64,000 bases of DNA, taken from positions 92,612-156,611 of the forward strand of contig WARW01000022.1 in the NCBI GenBank assembly GCA_013387215.1, read 5' to 3'. A model generated the notes under the pieces. It was not told where the DNA came from. It saw nothing but the letters and a program-made list of their open reading frames with translations, and made no database searches. This DNA is from Patescibacteria group bacterium (GTDB taxonomy: Bacteria; Patescibacteriota; Microgenomatia; UBA12405). Positions 19,174 to 27,489 of this stretch are shown here, one piece after another. The translations under genes and the position numbers were made by a program. Numbering within the stretch: the stretch's first letter is position 1; every line of letters begins with the position of its first letter.

Positions 19174-19746
19174 TTATTTGGTGGATTTATTGCGTAAGAT
19201 AGTTAGTGATTTTAGAATTAAAGTTGTGGTGACTGAACTACTAATTTTGTTATTTATAACCAGATCAACAGCTTTATTTAAAGTAATTTTTACAAGTTCT
19301 ATGTTTTCTGTTTTATCTTGATTACTATTTGATAGTTTTAAATTTGTAGCAAGAAATAAATGGTTTTGTGAGTTAACTACAGATGTCAGTGGATTTATTT
19401 TCCCAAGAGAAATCCATTTTCCTGCTTCAATTCCCGCCTCTTCCTTAAGTTCTCGTTTGGCAGCATCAATTGGTTTTTCTTTTTTTTCAATACCACCACT
19501 AACTGCTTCTAGTGTATTTTTTTTCATTACATACCTATATTGTTTCACTAAAAAAACGTTTTCTCTTTCGTCAATCGGTAAAACTGTAACTCCAGATTTA
19601 AGTTTTACTATACCAAAAGTACTATTCTTTTTGTCGGGCCTAATTACCTTATCCTCTTTTACTTCCATCCAATTATTTTTATAAATACTCACAGAATCAA
19701 TTAAAATCCAAGGATTCTTTTTCGATGGCATGATTGATTTTAACAA
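19174..19746 (-). CDS. NUDIX hydrolase
   Basis: Nudix box GGIEKKEKPIDAAKRELKEEAGIE. Confidence 0.8.
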   Translation of the reverse strand: MLKSIMPSKKNPWILIDSVSIYKNNWMEVKEDKVIRPDKKNSTFGIVKLKSGVTVLPIDERENVFLVKQYRYVMKKNTLEAVSGGIEKKEKPIDAAKRELKEEAGIEAGKWISLGKINPLTSVVNSQNHLFLATNLKLSNSNQDKTENIELVKITLNKAVDLVINNKISSSVTTTLILKSLTILRNKSTK

Positions 19747-19835
19747 ATATTACTAACAATTAAAGAAACGCTATATTTTACGTAAATTATGAAGCTTAAT
19801 AAACATGGTTTTATAAAGTCTTAACAAAGTTTAAA

Positions 19836-19880
19836 GCACTTGGTTTGCGTTGGTTATCGCGTTAAACACCAAGTGCTTTT
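19836..19880. terminator. 12-bp perfect hairpin (AAGCACTTGGT…ACCAAGTGCTT) followed by T6
   Basis: Inverted repeat plus T-run seen directly. Downstream of minus-strand small ORFs and upstream of the plus-strand AT-rich region. Confidence 0.45.
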
Positions 19881-19903
19881 TTGTGTGCAACATGCAATTA
19901 TTT

Positions 19904-20158
19904 TTAATATGTATTTCTCGAATCTTCGATCAATGTATAGGCTTCCGTTAAAATTACAAATACAGAGATAGAAATTAACAAGACTGAAATATTCTCTGAT
20001 ATTTGTATACTTAACACAATCGTTCCTAGTGAAAATATCACTAAGATTATGGAAAATATTTTGCGATAGCATAAAAGAGCTATGATCACTATAATGGTTT
20101 GGAAAGCGTAATCCACAATTACCCATAAGAAGGTCGAATTTGACAAATTTTCTCCCAA
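19904..20158 (-). CDS. possible small membrane protein (84 aa, 2-3 TM)
   Basis: ORF with hydrophobic segments only. It overlaps the 19854-20126 ORF, so only one of the two can be real. Confidence 0.3.
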   Translation of the reverse strand: MGENLSNSTFLWVIVDYAFQTIIVIIALLCYRKIFSIILVIFSLGTIVLSIQISENISVLLISISVFVILTEAYTLIEDSRNTY

Positions 20159-20459
20159 TTGAATTAAACTAGTTCTATTGATCTATAGGTGTACCGTTGG
20201 CGAGAGTTTCTTAAAATATATACAGCTAGACTTAGAACGAAGAGATACCAAATAATCAAAGTTATTGTGATATTTTTATTCACAGAATTCCTCCATCAAT
20301 CAAAACAATCGTTTGCATGTTGTTAAAGATCGACTAATTTTTATAGTCTTATTAATTTTACTACTGATCTTGTTTGATATAAATTGATTTATACTTTTTC
20401 TTACATATCCACTACCAGTATCTTAATATTCTTATTTTTAATGTGGCTATATTTGAAAT

Positions 20460-20831
20460 ATGAAAGACGCTATAAGTTGGTTTGACGTGCCAACAAAAGA
20501 TTTCGATAGGGCTCTTAATTTTTATTCAACAATTTTAGGCACTCCGTTAAAAATAGATACGTTTATGGGAACAAAGCTGGGATTTTTTCCAATGGAAGGG
20601 ACAGAGGGTGTTGGTGGAGATTTAGTGCCACCAGACCCAAGCAATGCACCATCTGCAACCGGTACGCGTATATATTTAAACTGCAACGGAAAGCTCGATG
20701 AGGTTTTAAGCCGTGTGGAACAAGCTGGCGGAAAAATTATCCGTGATAAAAATGATCTGGGCGATCAAGGATTTATGGCACAAATATTGGATACTGAAGG
20801 CAACCAAATCGGCTTACACAGCTACAAATAG
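20460..20831 (+). CDS. VOC/glyoxalase-family protein
   Basis: Glyoxalase-like beta-alpha-beta-beta-beta pattern. N-terminal WFDVPTKDFDRALNFY is typical of the family. Confidence 0.7.
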   Translation: MKDAISWFDVPTKDFDRALNFYSTILGTPLKIDTFMGTKLGFFPMEGTEGVGGDLVPPDPSNAPSATGTRIYLNCNGKLDEVLSRVEQAGGKIIRDKNDLGDQGFMAQILDTEGNQIGLHSYK

Positions 20832-20834
20832 AGT

Positions 20835-21368
20835 TTACTTAATTCCCATTAATTCTACTTCGAATATTAATGTGGCTTTAGGCGGAATTACACCCGGAAT
20901 TCCTCTGTCACCATATGCAAGGCTAGAAGGAATGGTTAATTTTCTTTTGCCGCCAACTTTCATACCAACAACGCCCTGATCCCATCCTTGAATAACTTGA
21001 CCAACACCAATCTTGGTTTCAAATGGCTGTCCACGGTCATAAGAACTATCAAATTTTTTGCCATCCTCGAGTGTTCCAAGATAATTAATTGAAATAGTAT
21101 CGCCAGACTTAACTTCTGGACCGGTTCCAACTTTTATATCTTCGATTTTTAGTTTATCCATACTTTTATTTGTTTGTGTAACAACTGGTGAAATTTGTAA
21201 TTCCGGTGTGATTTCCTCGGTCCGATTATTGGATTGGTTTGCCAATTGATCTGAAGAGACTGGAGCTTCATTCGGATTTTTAGACAAAATCATAAATGTA
21301 CCCGCTAAAACAGCAATAATAACAATAGGAGTAACAAATGATTGTGCTTTCATTTGACCATTATACAT
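20835..21368 (-). CDS. FKBP-type peptidyl-prolyl cis-trans isomerase, membrane-anchored
   Basis: FKBP signature (…FDSSYDRGQPFETKIGVGQVIQGWDQGVVGMKVGGKRKLTIP…LIFEVELMGI) plus an N-terminal TM segment. Confidence 0.85.
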   Translation of the reverse strand: MYNGQMKAQSFVTPIVIIAVLAGTFMILSKNPNEAPVSSDQLANQSNNRTEEITPELQISPVVTQTNKSMDKLKIEDIKVGTGPEVKSGDTISINYLGTLEDGKKFDSSYDRGQPFETKIGVGQVIQGWDQGVVGMKVGGKRKLTIPSSLAYGDRGIPGVIPPKATLIFEVELMGIK

Positions 21369-21543
21369 AATAAATTGTACGTTTTGTGTAATTTTTATTA
21401 CTTTTATGATAAACTTAATAATGCTCTTGCTAAGGAATATTTCTGTTCGGTTATATTTCTTAGCAGAGCTATTTTAATTCAAACTTACCAGTTTTTTGCT
21501 AATTTCAAAGACATTTTTAATAAACTAATTGTAATATTTTTTA

Positions 21544-21948
21544 ATGTTTGAAGGATTTAGAAAATTTATCTTAAGAGGAAACGTAATAGATTTGGCGGTA
21601 GGTGTGGTTATCGGTGCCGCCTTTAATATTGTTGTTCAATCGTTGGTTAAAGATGTTATTACTCCTTTAATCGGAATAATTGGCGGATTGCCAGATTTTT
21701 CTTCGTTCACTTTTAATGTTCGTAATAGTAAATTTTTAGTTGGAGATTTGATTAACTCTATTATTTCGTTTTTATTAATAGCCACAGTAATATATTTTGC
21801 GGTGGTTAAACCGATCAATAAACTGATGAGTTTTCGACAAAAAGAAAAACCAGCTGATAAAAAAATATGTCCTTATTGTTTAAGTGAAATTCCAATTAAT
21901 GCTACTAAATGCGCGTTTTGCACAGCTGATCTCAAAGTTAAAGCGTAA
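21544..21948 (+). CDS. mscL: large-conductance mechanosensitive channel MscL with C-terminal CxxC…CxxC zinc-ribbon tail
   Basis: MscL N-terminus and TM1 (FRKFILRGNVIDLAVGVVIGAAF) and TM2. The C-terminal 25 aa are CPYCLSEIPINATKCAFCTADL. Confidence 0.8.
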   Translation: MFEGFRKFILRGNVIDLAVGVVIGAAFNIVVQSLVKDVITPLIGIIGGLPDFSSFTFNVRNSKFLVGDLINSIISFLLIATVIYFAVVKPINKLMSFRQKEKPADKKICPYCLSEIPINATKCAFCTADLKVKA

Positions 21949-23140
21949 ATTTACCGTTGTGGTAAATAAGAACTTCAGAATCGTCCTCAAGAATCGCCGT
22001 CACTTTTCGATTTAGAGTAGAAATTATATCGGTATGAATACTGGAATTATTGTAACCCATTTTGTCCCAATCTTCTTTAGTTACTTTGGCTATATTTCCA
22101 GGAAAACATTCATGAAATGAGGTTCCAATGGCTAAATGAGTGTTTCCAAACTCGCCTCCAAAATTTTCATCAAATAAGGTCTCAGCCATAAATCGGTTAA
22201 TTTTGGAAAATCTTTTATCTGTAAGCGAGAATTCCCCTATTTTATCGGCATTCTCTACATTTATCATTTCTTTCAGGATCTTTTCGCCGACACGAGCTGA
22301 TGATTCAATTATTTTTCCTTTTGAAAATGTTAATCTAATGTCTTTTATAATATTTCCTTGATAATAAAGCGGCTGATTAAAATAAATTTTACCTTCAGTT
22401 TGTCGCCAATCAGGTGAAATAAATATTTCAAAACTTGGAATATTATTACCACTGCCACCGCGCCATTTACGATTCTGATCAAGACCAACAAAAATGTCTG
22501 TTTCAGTTGAAACTAAATGGAGTTTTTTAATTTTCAGAGTATCTAGTTTTTTGATTATCTTATTTATATCTTTGCTAATCTGCTGCCATTTTTGGATTGG
22601 ATCGATTTCATTTAAATAGCAGGCTCTAATAATCTGCTGCCAGCATTGTTTTAAAGATAGACCGGCTTCTTTAGCCATAGCTGGAGTTGCATATGAAGCC
22701 AGAGTCCAAGAAAATTTATTTTTTGATTCTTTGTTTTGACGCCAATCAAAATATGGCTTCATGGAGCGGTTTTTGTCCATTAATTTTTGAGGATCGATCC
22801 CTTCTAATTCATGCAAATCAGTTTCCGCAAGAATAGTAATCATGTGATGGGCTTCATTTACTTTTCCTTTTAAAAATTTTGCTGGGAAAAAACTAATTTG
22901 TTCTGGACTTGCCAAATCAAAAAAGTCTTTCATAACACCATCAGGTAAATATTGAATTATGGCGTGAGCTCCAGATTTCAAAACTGATTTTTGTAATGAA
23001 ATTAAAAGCGGTTTAGCTGATTCAGGAACTTGAAGGAAGACTACTTCGTTTTTTCTAATTCCCTTACCATTATTAAGCGCATATTTAACTAGCAAATCTG
23101 CATATTTATCGAGTATTTCTTGTGACGGTGTATAAATCAT
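21938..23140 (-). CDS. aminopeptidase, M29 (AmpS/PepS) family
   Basis: Length and M29-like blocks throughout (…EFSLTDKRFSKINRFMAETLFDENFGGEFGNTHLAIG…). Confidence 0.75.
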   Translation of the reverse strand: MIYTPSQEILDKYADLLVKYALNNGKGIRKNEVVFLQVPESAKPLLISLQKSVLKSGAHAIIQYLPDGVMKDFFDLASPEQISFFPAKFLKGKVNEAHHMITILAETDLHELEGIDPQKLMDKNRSMKPYFDWRQNKESKNKFSWTLASYATPAMAKEAGLSLKQCWQQIIRACYLNEIDPIQKWQQISKDINKIIKKLDTLKIKKLHLVSTETDIFVGLDQNRKWRGGSGNNIPSFEIFISPDWRQTEGKIYFNQPLYYQGNIIKDIRLTFSKGKIIESSARVGEKILKEMINVENADKIGEFSLTDKRFSKINRFMAETLFDENFGGEFGNTHLAIGTSFHECFPGNIAKVTKEDWDKMGYNNSSIHTDIISTLNRKVTAILEDDSEVLIYHNGKFTL

Positions 23141-23194
23141 AAAGGGATTATAACCAAAATTTATAATCCCGGTATGTTTTAATAATTTATTTAC

Positions 23195-24193
23195 TTAACT
23201 GGCAATGTCGAGTGGTTTTTCCGAATTATTATTTAAAACTTGAGGAAGTAATCCGTAATCTTCTGCGAGTTTAATTAAATGATTTGTAATCATATCGCCA
23301 CGCTTGGCAACAATTTCATCGTTGGGAGTTAAAATATTTATAGTCAGATATCGACCGACTGCATCTTGTTTACGCCTATTTTCCATATTATCCTGTACCT
23401 CAGAAATTTTGGCTTTTGCAGAATCAGCTAAATTAGTTACTTTATCTTGTATATTTTTACCAACCTCGTCTGATTTAGATTGAAATGATTCTAAGGTTGG
23501 TTGAATATTTTCTTGAACTTTTTCTTTATTTTCATTTAAAGTATTAGATGTTTGATTAAATTTATCTCTTACTGTTGGCTTTAAATCTTCTGATTTTTCT
23601 TGAATGTTTGTTTTTGCGTCTTTTAAAATATTTTTAGATTTTTCAACACCTTCATTTATTTTTCCTTGTATACCTTGAGTTTTTTCCTGTTCTTTAATAG
23701 TTTCTTCCACTTGGGGTTTGACAATAATTACATCTTTACCAATTGTTTCTATTTGAGAAATATTCACATACTTCTTGCCAGATTTTAAATCCTTAAAACC
23801 GCCTTGAGAGACTTCAAATTTTTCAACATATCCAGTTGTTGGATCAAATAATAAATCTGAGATTGTGCCAAGTTCCACACCTGTATCAGTGACCACTCTA
23901 TTGCGAGTTATATATGTATCGTGTTTGGCGATTGATGAAATTTTTTCTCCTGCTTCACTAGAATTTATAATTAAATTATCATTTTCTATTATCAAAGCAT
24001 CATCTCCAATACTTTTAACGTTATTAATTAAAATTAATTTGGGGTCTGAAAATAGTCCACTTTTTTTAACAATAACTGCAGCAATTTTTTTCTCATCGGG
24101 GTCATAAATTAGATCTTCAACTTTACCTATTTCTTTGCCATCCTGAAGAGAAATTATTTTTAAACCAATTACGTTTGTACCTTTTATAGTCAT
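23195..24193 (-). CDS. PRC-barrel-domain protein (two PRC barrels plus a long C-terminal coiled coil)
   Basis: Repeated GxxVxxxxGxxxGxVxDxxxD pattern (GLKIISLQDGKEIGKVEDLIYD; VVTDTGVELGTISDLLFD). Lys/Glu-rich heptads. Confidence 0.55.
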   Translation of the reverse strand: MTIKGTNVIGLKIISLQDGKEIGKVEDLIYDPDEKKIAAVIVKKSGLFSDPKLILINNVKSIGDDALIIENDNLIINSSEAGEKISSIAKHDTYITRNRVVTDTGVELGTISDLLFDPTTGYVEKFEVSQGGFKDLKSGKKYVNISQIETIGKDVIIVKPQVEETIKEQEKTQGIQGKINEGVEKSKNILKDAKTNIQEKSEDLKPTVRDKFNQTSNTLNENKEKVQENIQPTLESFQSKSDEVGKNIQDKVTNLADSAKAKISEVQDNMENRRKQDAVGRYLTINILTPNDEIVAKRGDMITNHLIKLAEDYGLLPQVLNNNSEKPLDIAS

Positions 24194-24201
24194 ATTTTTA
24201 T

Positions 24202-24651
24202 TTAATTTTTAAAATTGTTTATTTTAGTTTTAATAATGCCTTTTTGCTTCCTAGTCCAAAGAGCCAAAATCAGTCCAAGAGCTATCAAAATTAAGGCTGC
24301 ATATGGTAAATAAGTAGATTTCCAATCAATAGTTTTATTATTTACTGCGTCGACAGAAAGGATGTTTCCATTGTTACCTGTAGTGATAGTAACCCTATCG
24401 TTTTGGGTTATGTCGTTTAAACTAGATTCCGATTGATTTTTAGTAATTTTGATATCATCGGGAATGTTGTAGTCTTTTACCCCATTGTCTGTTTCTACTG
24501 TTAGGGTTTTATCTTCTCTTCTTAATACAGTTCCCGAAGTTGTGTTATTGGGAATATTTTCAACAGCCAATGTAACCCAAGTCAAACTAACAATGAAAGT
24601 AATGAGAAGAGACAGCGTCAAAAAAAAACTTCTAATAAATTTTTTACTCAT
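24202..24651 (-). CDS. small bitopic surface protein (N-terminal signal anchor, beta-rich ectodomain, C-terminal TM plus basic tail)
   Basis: Hydrophobic N- and C-termini. The C-terminus reads TYLPYAALILIALGLILALWTRKQKG. Confidence 0.5.
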   Translation of the reverse strand: MSKKFIRSFFLTLSLLITFIVSLTWVTLAVENIPNNTTSGTVLRREDKTLTVETDNGVKDYNIPDDIKITKNQSESSLNDITQNDRVTITTGNNGNILSVDAVNNKTIDWKSTYLPYAALILIALGLILALWTRKQKGIIKTKINNFKN

Positions 24652-24744
24652 TGCACCAGTTGATGATATTTAATTTTAATGGTATGTTAGGAGTTTTAAT
24701 TAATATGCGGTTAAGAAGTTTGTAATAATATTGTAAGAACAAAA

Positions 24745-24765
24745 ACTGGCAAGTAGAACTTGCCA
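24745..24765 (-). terminator. 9-bp perfect hairpin (CTGGCAAGT-aga-ACTTGCCAG) followed by a U-run on the minus strand
   Basis: Lies 30 nt downstream of the stop of the 24793-26715 gene. Confidence 0.5.
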
Positions 24766-24792
24766 GTAATTGAGAGGGTTTAAAATTGCTTT

Positions 24793-26715
24793 TTACTTTT
24801 GACCTAAAAAGAAAGACTGAACATCTTTATATTGGATTCGATTAGAAAAATCGCTATTAATTAAAGCCTCATTGCCACCCATACCCATATGCCAGTAGTT
24901 GAAACCAACTACACCGGGTCTTTTGGCAGCACCCATACTATTTTGAACTTGTTGTTCAACATCAGTAGTTCCAGCGCTACCCCATTCGCCTATTATGATT
25001 GGAACGTTTGGATATTTGGCTTGTAAATCATTCAATCCTTGATTCATTGTTTGACCAATAAGTTCTGGATAATGATCAATAGTTAAGTTGCCCATTTTTT
25101 GGACAGTGGCATCTTCCAAAATACCGTGCCAATCTGGATTATTACAACCCCAGACAACAAATCCATCTAGACCATAATAACCAACTTTCATTTGACCGCC
25201 TAGGCCAATAGAACTAAAGGCTTGATTTGATGTATCAATAGCGTCTCTGAGCCATTTATTAAAGTCTGCAATACTAGAATATTGGCATACACCTTGATCA
25301 CAACCAGTGAATCCTTGGATTCCACCGTTTTGTGGTTCTGGTTGAGGTGTGAAAATATCTCCAGCTGCAAATAAAGATGGATTATTTTTAATATAATCGG
25401 AAATCATAGTGAGATAATCAGCTTTGCTTTTATTAGCACCATATATTCCTTCAAATGTAATGTACATGTGCCGATGCCATACTTTCATGCCGCGAGCACG
25501 AATAGCGTCAACCCAAGCTTTAGTATAGGCAAGTGAGTTGCCACAAGATGGATTATCATATGGTGTTTCAACAGCAACATAATTAACTCCCAATTCTTTG
25601 GCTTTATCTAACCATTTACCAATAAAGGTTGGATCATCTTGACCACAAATTTTATCTTTGGTCTCTTTCATTGAGGAAACGCTTTGAATATCCCAAGTTT
25701 TGCCAGAATTTATTGGTGTAGGGGCAATGGTTGGCGTAACTGTAGGAATTGGATTAGATGTTGAGGAAATCAAACTATAGTTTAATTTTGCAACAGCATT
25801 TCCAGTGTTTTCATAATATTCCACTTTAATTTGATGATTACCTGCTGAAACTACCCGATCAGCTCCATCAGTTTTAAGAGCATGATCATTCCATTGATCA
25901 ATCAGCAAGTCGTTATCTAACCAGACTCGAATTCCATCGTCAGAATTAGTGATAAAACGATATGTACCCGCACTGAACGATTGGGTTTTGGTCCATCTGG
26001 CAACAAAATGATCGTTTGTTATTACTGAATTTGGTGAACCAGAACCCCAGTCAAAATTTATAGCACTATCTTGAGTGGTTAAAGTAGGAGAACTTGTTGG
26101 AATTTGAGGCGACGAAGAAACATTTGGTGTATTCCAATAGTTTCCAACGAAGTTATTTGAGTTTGTAACAACAGGAGTGGGTGTAGGCGTATTAGTCGGA
26201 GTTACTTGTGGCTGTGTAGAACCAACAACTTTTATACTCGTAATATCCACAGTAAATGGACCTGAATACCAAAATCTTGTATGAAGATCACCAACTGATT
26301 GGCTTAAGTTTAAACCAGAAAAATCGCTTAAATTTATATCAACAGTTTGAGGACCGTCAAAACAATTTTTGCCATAGTTAGACAAACTAACGTAATTCCA
26401 ATTATTAGATTGGTCAAAAATAAGCGCACTAGCATCACCGCTTAAAGCACAAAGTCCATGAAGATCATATGTAACTCTCAATGTACTGCTTCCTATAAGT
26501 GCTGAAGAATTTATAGATTGTCTTGCTTCAGATGCACCATTATTTCCAGTGAGATGCCAAGTTCCATTTAATAACTCGACATCACCGGCTGCATTGACCG
26601 ATTTATTATGAATAAATAAGCTGACAAAAAACGACAGACAAAGAAACGATAAAAAATATAGACGTTTTGATGAAAGTATCTTCATAGGGTGAATATTTTT
26701 TAAATAAATAAGCAA
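24793..26715 (-). CDS. secreted multidomain protein: signal peptide, beta-sandwich (CBM-like) domain, Thr/Pro linker, PA14 domain, Thr/Pro linker, clan-A (GH5-like) TIM-barrel glycoside-hydrolase-like domain
   Basis: Signal peptide. PA14 signature (YRFITNSDDGIRVWLDNDLLIDQW). Candidate catalytic Glu motifs (QPEPQNGG, IIGEWGSAG). Linkers TPTNTPTPTP and PIPTVTPTIAPTP. Confidence 0.7.
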   Translation of the reverse strand: MLIYLKNIHPMKILSSKRLYFLSFLCLSFFVSLFIHNKSVNAAGDVELLNGTWHLTGNNGASEARQSINSSALIGSSTLRVTYDLHGLCALSGDASALIFDQSNNWNYVSLSNYGKNCFDGPQTVDINLSDFSGLNLSQSVGDLHTRFWYSGPFTVDITSIKVVGSTQPQVTPTNTPTPTPVVTNSNNFVGNYWNTPNVSSSPQIPTSSPTLTTQDSAINFDWGSGSPNSVITNDHFVARWTKTQSFSAGTYRFITNSDDGIRVWLDNDLLIDQWNDHALKTDGADRVVSAGNHQIKVEYYENTGNAVAKLNYSLISSTSNPIPTVTPTIAPTPINSGKTWDIQSVSSMKETKDKICGQDDPTFIGKWLDKAKELGVNYVAVETPYDNPSCGNSLAYTKAWVDAIRARGMKVWHRHMYITFEGIYGANKSKADYLTMISDYIKNNPSLFAAGDIFTPQPEPQNGGIQGFTGCDQGVCQYSSIADFNKWLRDAIDTSNQAFSSIGLGGQMKVGYYGLDGFVVWGCNNPDWHGILEDATVQKMGNLTIDHYPELIGQTMNQGLNDLQAKYPNVPIIIGEWGSAGTTDVEQQVQNSMGAAKRPGVVGFNYWHMGMGGNEALINSDFSNRIQYKDVQSFFLGQK

Positions 26716-26973
26716 GCGTCAGTATAGTATCACCCTAATAGTTAATTATTGTGTAATATTTTTAGGTTCAAATGATGCTGTTTGATGCTTTTTAATTGAT
26801 TTACTCGTGTTTTATTTAATCAACTATTTGATTATTTTGGTTACATATATTCTTCAGATCAATTACCTGTTTTAGTTATATTTCTTACATAATTTTTACC
26901 ATTTTCTGATTTGTGTTTAACATCAAAATATTAAAGTCTAAAGTAATTAATATTTGATATCTTCCACAAAAAT

Positions 26974-27474
26974 ATGAATGCCAATAATGCAGTTCTGATC
27001 GTTTTAATTATCGGGTTGGCAGTTATTGGTGTTTTGATTTTTTCTAAAAGTAACAATACAAATTTGACTAGTTTGAGTTCTCCATCGCCAGAAGTTACTA
27101 CTGTATATGAAGAACCGCCTAGCCCAAGTGAAACTGTTAAATCTCCAATCAACGTCGTATTAAATTCATCAAACAAAAATAATAAGCAGAGTGGGGCAGC
27201 TGTTTTATCTGAAAGTAATGGAAAAGTAACAATTGTAATCAATGCAATTCCAGTTGTTAAAACGAGTTCTCAAACAGTAAGCATAAATAGTGGTGATTGC
27301 TCAAACCTTGGAAAAACCATTTATCAATTAAACAATTTAGTCAAAGGTAAATCGACGACACTTATTGACACGAATCTTCAGGAATTAACCGCAAAAATAC
27401 CTTTAGCAATAAGTATCCATGAACCAAATTCTTCTTCAAATGCATATATAGCCTGTGGCAGCGTTAAGAAATAA
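26974..27474 (+). CDS. membrane-anchored Ser/Thr/Pro-rich extracytoplasmic protein
   Basis: N-terminal TM, then SSPSPEVTTVYEEPPSPSE. The C-terminal domain carries two Cys. Confidence 0.45.
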   Translation: MNANNAVLIVLIIGLAVIGVLIFSKSNNTNLTSLSSPSPEVTTVYEEPPSPSETVKSPINVVLNSSNKNNKQSGAAVLSESNGKVTIVINAIPVVKTSSQTVSINSGDCSNLGKTIYQLNNLVKGKSTTLIDTNLQELTAKIPLAISIHEPNSSSNAYIACGSVKK

Positions 27475-27489
27475 TAACTTTTAAATTTC

